Assembly: GCA_033344735.1 (NCBI GenBank)
Contig: JAWPMW010000001.1
Coordinates: 1,182,171 to 1,246,170, forward strand
Reading direction: 5' to 3'
Source of the DNA: Gammaproteobacteria bacterium
Lineage (GTDB): Bacteria > Pseudomonadota > Gammaproteobacteria > UBA4575
DNA: 64,000 nucleotides
This document shows positions 62,603 through 64,000 of this stretch, one piece after another. The position numbers were made by a program, and so were the translations under genes. The notes beneath the pieces were generated by a model. That model ran no database searches, was not told the origin of the DNA, and saw only the letters and a program-made list of their open reading frames with translations. Positions within the stretch are counted from its first letter, which is position 1, and the number at the start of each line of letters is the position of its first letter.

Positions 62603-63829
62603 TCACACTTTTACAAAAGTTGCATGTCTATCTTGCGCTTTCTTATATAAATCCACATAACCAAAAACACTCTTCTTCCAATTACGCTCAGCTTTCACAT
62701 ACTTTCGTGCCCAGCCAGAAAATAAGGCTTTCAATGGCTTATTAGCTACTGTTGACTGTAAAGCATCTGATAAGGCCTCAACCGATCCCGCATCAAATAA
62801 AACCGAATGAAGCCGCTCTGGCAACAGCTCTACATGACCTCCCACATTTGACGCAATAAATACCTTGCCCATTGCCATAGCCTCTAGAGGTTTTAATGGC
62901 GTAACAATATCCGTAAGTCGTGCTGGTTTACGTGGATAAACCAGCACATCAATTAAGTCATAATAAGCTTCTACCTCAGAATGTGGCACGCGACCGGTGA
63001 ATATAATTTTGTCTTGCATGCCCAACTCACTTACTAAGTCACGCAGTTTTTCATCCTCAGGTCCACCACCAACGAGTAAACCCTTAACATTTAAATCACT
63101 ATCGCGCATTGCATGTAGCGCTTTTACAAATAGCTCCAAACCCTCATATGCGTAAAAGGAACCAATAAACCCTGCAACATAACTATTCCCTAGCTTATAT
63201 TTTTCACGCAAATTTTCTTGAATAGTAGACTCACCTTCAAACTCCTCTGCATTAACCGCATTAGGAATCACCTGTATAGGCGTCTGACCAATACTTCTAC
63301 TGGTAATATCATTTTTTAATCCATTACAGATAGTCGTTATCCCATGCACTCTTTTAAACACAAACGTTTCTAATGCACGTGTTAAACGATAACGAAAACT
63401 ACCCTCAGTTGTAGTGCCATGTTCAACTGCAGCATCTTCCCAAGATGCACGCATTTCATATACAACAGGAATAGAAAATTTCTTGGCCGCATTTATTGCC
63501 GCAATGCCATTCAGACATGGAGAATGCGCATGAATAATATCTGGCTTCTCACGTTCAATTACATCAGTCACACGTTTTTGCAAACTGCTAATCACATACA
63601 ACTGATTAATAATTGGAATTCTTGACAGCAATTTATTCTTATCTTCTGTTCTGTAAAATTTCAGATTGTCATGCACCTCCTCATCTCCCTGAGGATTTAT
63701 ATGTTTAATACCAGTAACATGCGTGGTTTCCCAGCCTAGCTTGGCTTGTTCATTAAGAATAGAACAAGTACGAAACGTGTACCCGCTATGCAGAGGTATA
63801 GAATGATCTAATACATGTAATATTTTCAT
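62603..63829 (-). CDS. GT4-family glycosyltransferase (GT-B fold)
   Basis: 408 aa with a C-terminal EAMAMGKVFIASNVGGHVELL nucleotide-sugar binding region typical of GT4/RfaG-like enzymes. Confidence 0.8.
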   Translation of the reverse strand: MKILHVLDHSIPLHSGYTFRTCSILNEQAKLGWETTHVTGIKHINPQGDEEVHDNLKFYRTEDKNKLLSRIPIINQLYVISSLQKRVTDVIEREKPDIIHAHSPCLNGIAAINAAKKFSIPVVYEMRASWEDAAVEHGTTTEGSFRYRLTRALETFVFKRVHGITTICNGLKNDITSRSIGQTPIQVIPNAVNAEEFEGESTIQENLREKYKLGNSYVAGFIGSFYAYEGLELFVKALHAMRDSDLNVKGLLVGGGPEDEKLRDLVSELGMQDKIIFTGRVPHSEVEAYYDLIDVLVYPRKPARLTDIVTPLKPLEAMAMGKVFIASNVGGHVELLPERLHSVLFDAGSVEALSDALQSTVANKPLKALFSGWARKYVKAERNWKKSVFGYVDLYKKAQDRHATFVKV

Positions 63830-63841
63830 AATCGCTTTAAT

Positions 63842-64000
63842 CTAAATATGATTTTCTTGAATGCGTGTATTAGCAACATCAATATCAGCTATCTGCTGAT
63901 CAAGTAAATTGGCATCCATTTTTTCCATTGCAATGTCCCAACCATGGTGAGACAACATACGTGATCTTCCTGCCTGAGAAAGCCTTATTCTCTCTTCAGC
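63842..64000 (-). CDS. 3' end (C-terminal ~52 aa) of another polysaccharide-locus gene, possibly a glycosyltransferase; truncated by window edge
   Basis: Minus-strand frame is open from the window edge to the stop at 63842-63844 (…HGWDIAMEKMDANLLDQQIADIDVANTRIQENHI*). Confidence 0.35.
   Translation of the reverse strand, partial: AEERIRLSQAGRSRMLSHHGWDIAMEKMDANLLDQQIADIDVANTRIQENHI

Overview
This 64 kb window comes from a low-GC gammaproteobacterial chromosome, and 1..~49.9 kb is densely packed, conserved core genome. The core carries these blocks, with short intergenic gaps and frequent start/stop overlaps typical of chromosomal operons.
- Minus-strand outer-membrane/lipid A block lpxA-fabZ-lpxD-skp-bamA-rseP-dxr-cdsA-uppS-frr-pyrH-tsf-rpsB, with a 5'-truncated lpxB on the opposite strand converging on lpxA.
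- map-glnD-dapC-dapD-arsC-dapE.
- mnmC and cysM-acpS-pdxJ-recO-era-rnc-lepB.
- tRNA-Pro, a MerR-family gene, ihfA-pheT-pheS-rplT-rpmI-infC-thrS, tRNA-Val, uvrB and an aspartate aminotransferase.
- A short Bro-N domain ORF beside tRNA-Asn.
- galU-comEA-pyrF-ihfB-rpsA-cmk-aroA-tyrA-pheA.
After pheA the character changes. A GNAT-like ORF and an irregular tRNA-like gene (probable tRNA-Val, UAC) mark the start of an accessory polysaccharide-type locus that runs off the window edge. It contains wecB, a conserved cassette of AMP-forming ligase, PLP-dependent decarboxylase, two alpha/beta-fold proteins and an acyl carrier protein, a secreted His-rich TPR protein, an AsnB-like amide synthetase lacking the N-terminal catalytic cysteine, a Wzy/O-antigen-ligase-like membrane protein, a NodB polysaccharide deacetylase and GT4 glycosyltransferases. 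This gene set resembles the exosortase (XrtA)/PEP-CTERM-associated exopolysaccharide loci. The ligase-decarboxylase-hydrolase-ACP-amide synthetase sub-cassette is the most interesting feature because it looks like a small-molecule acyl/amine decoration pathway of unknown product. Neither an exosortase, a PEP-CTERM substrate, a Wzx flippase nor Wza/Wzc lies inside the window. No CRISPR array, integrase, transposase or obvious defence system is present. All calls rest on reading the supplied translations and sequence by eye, with no database searches.
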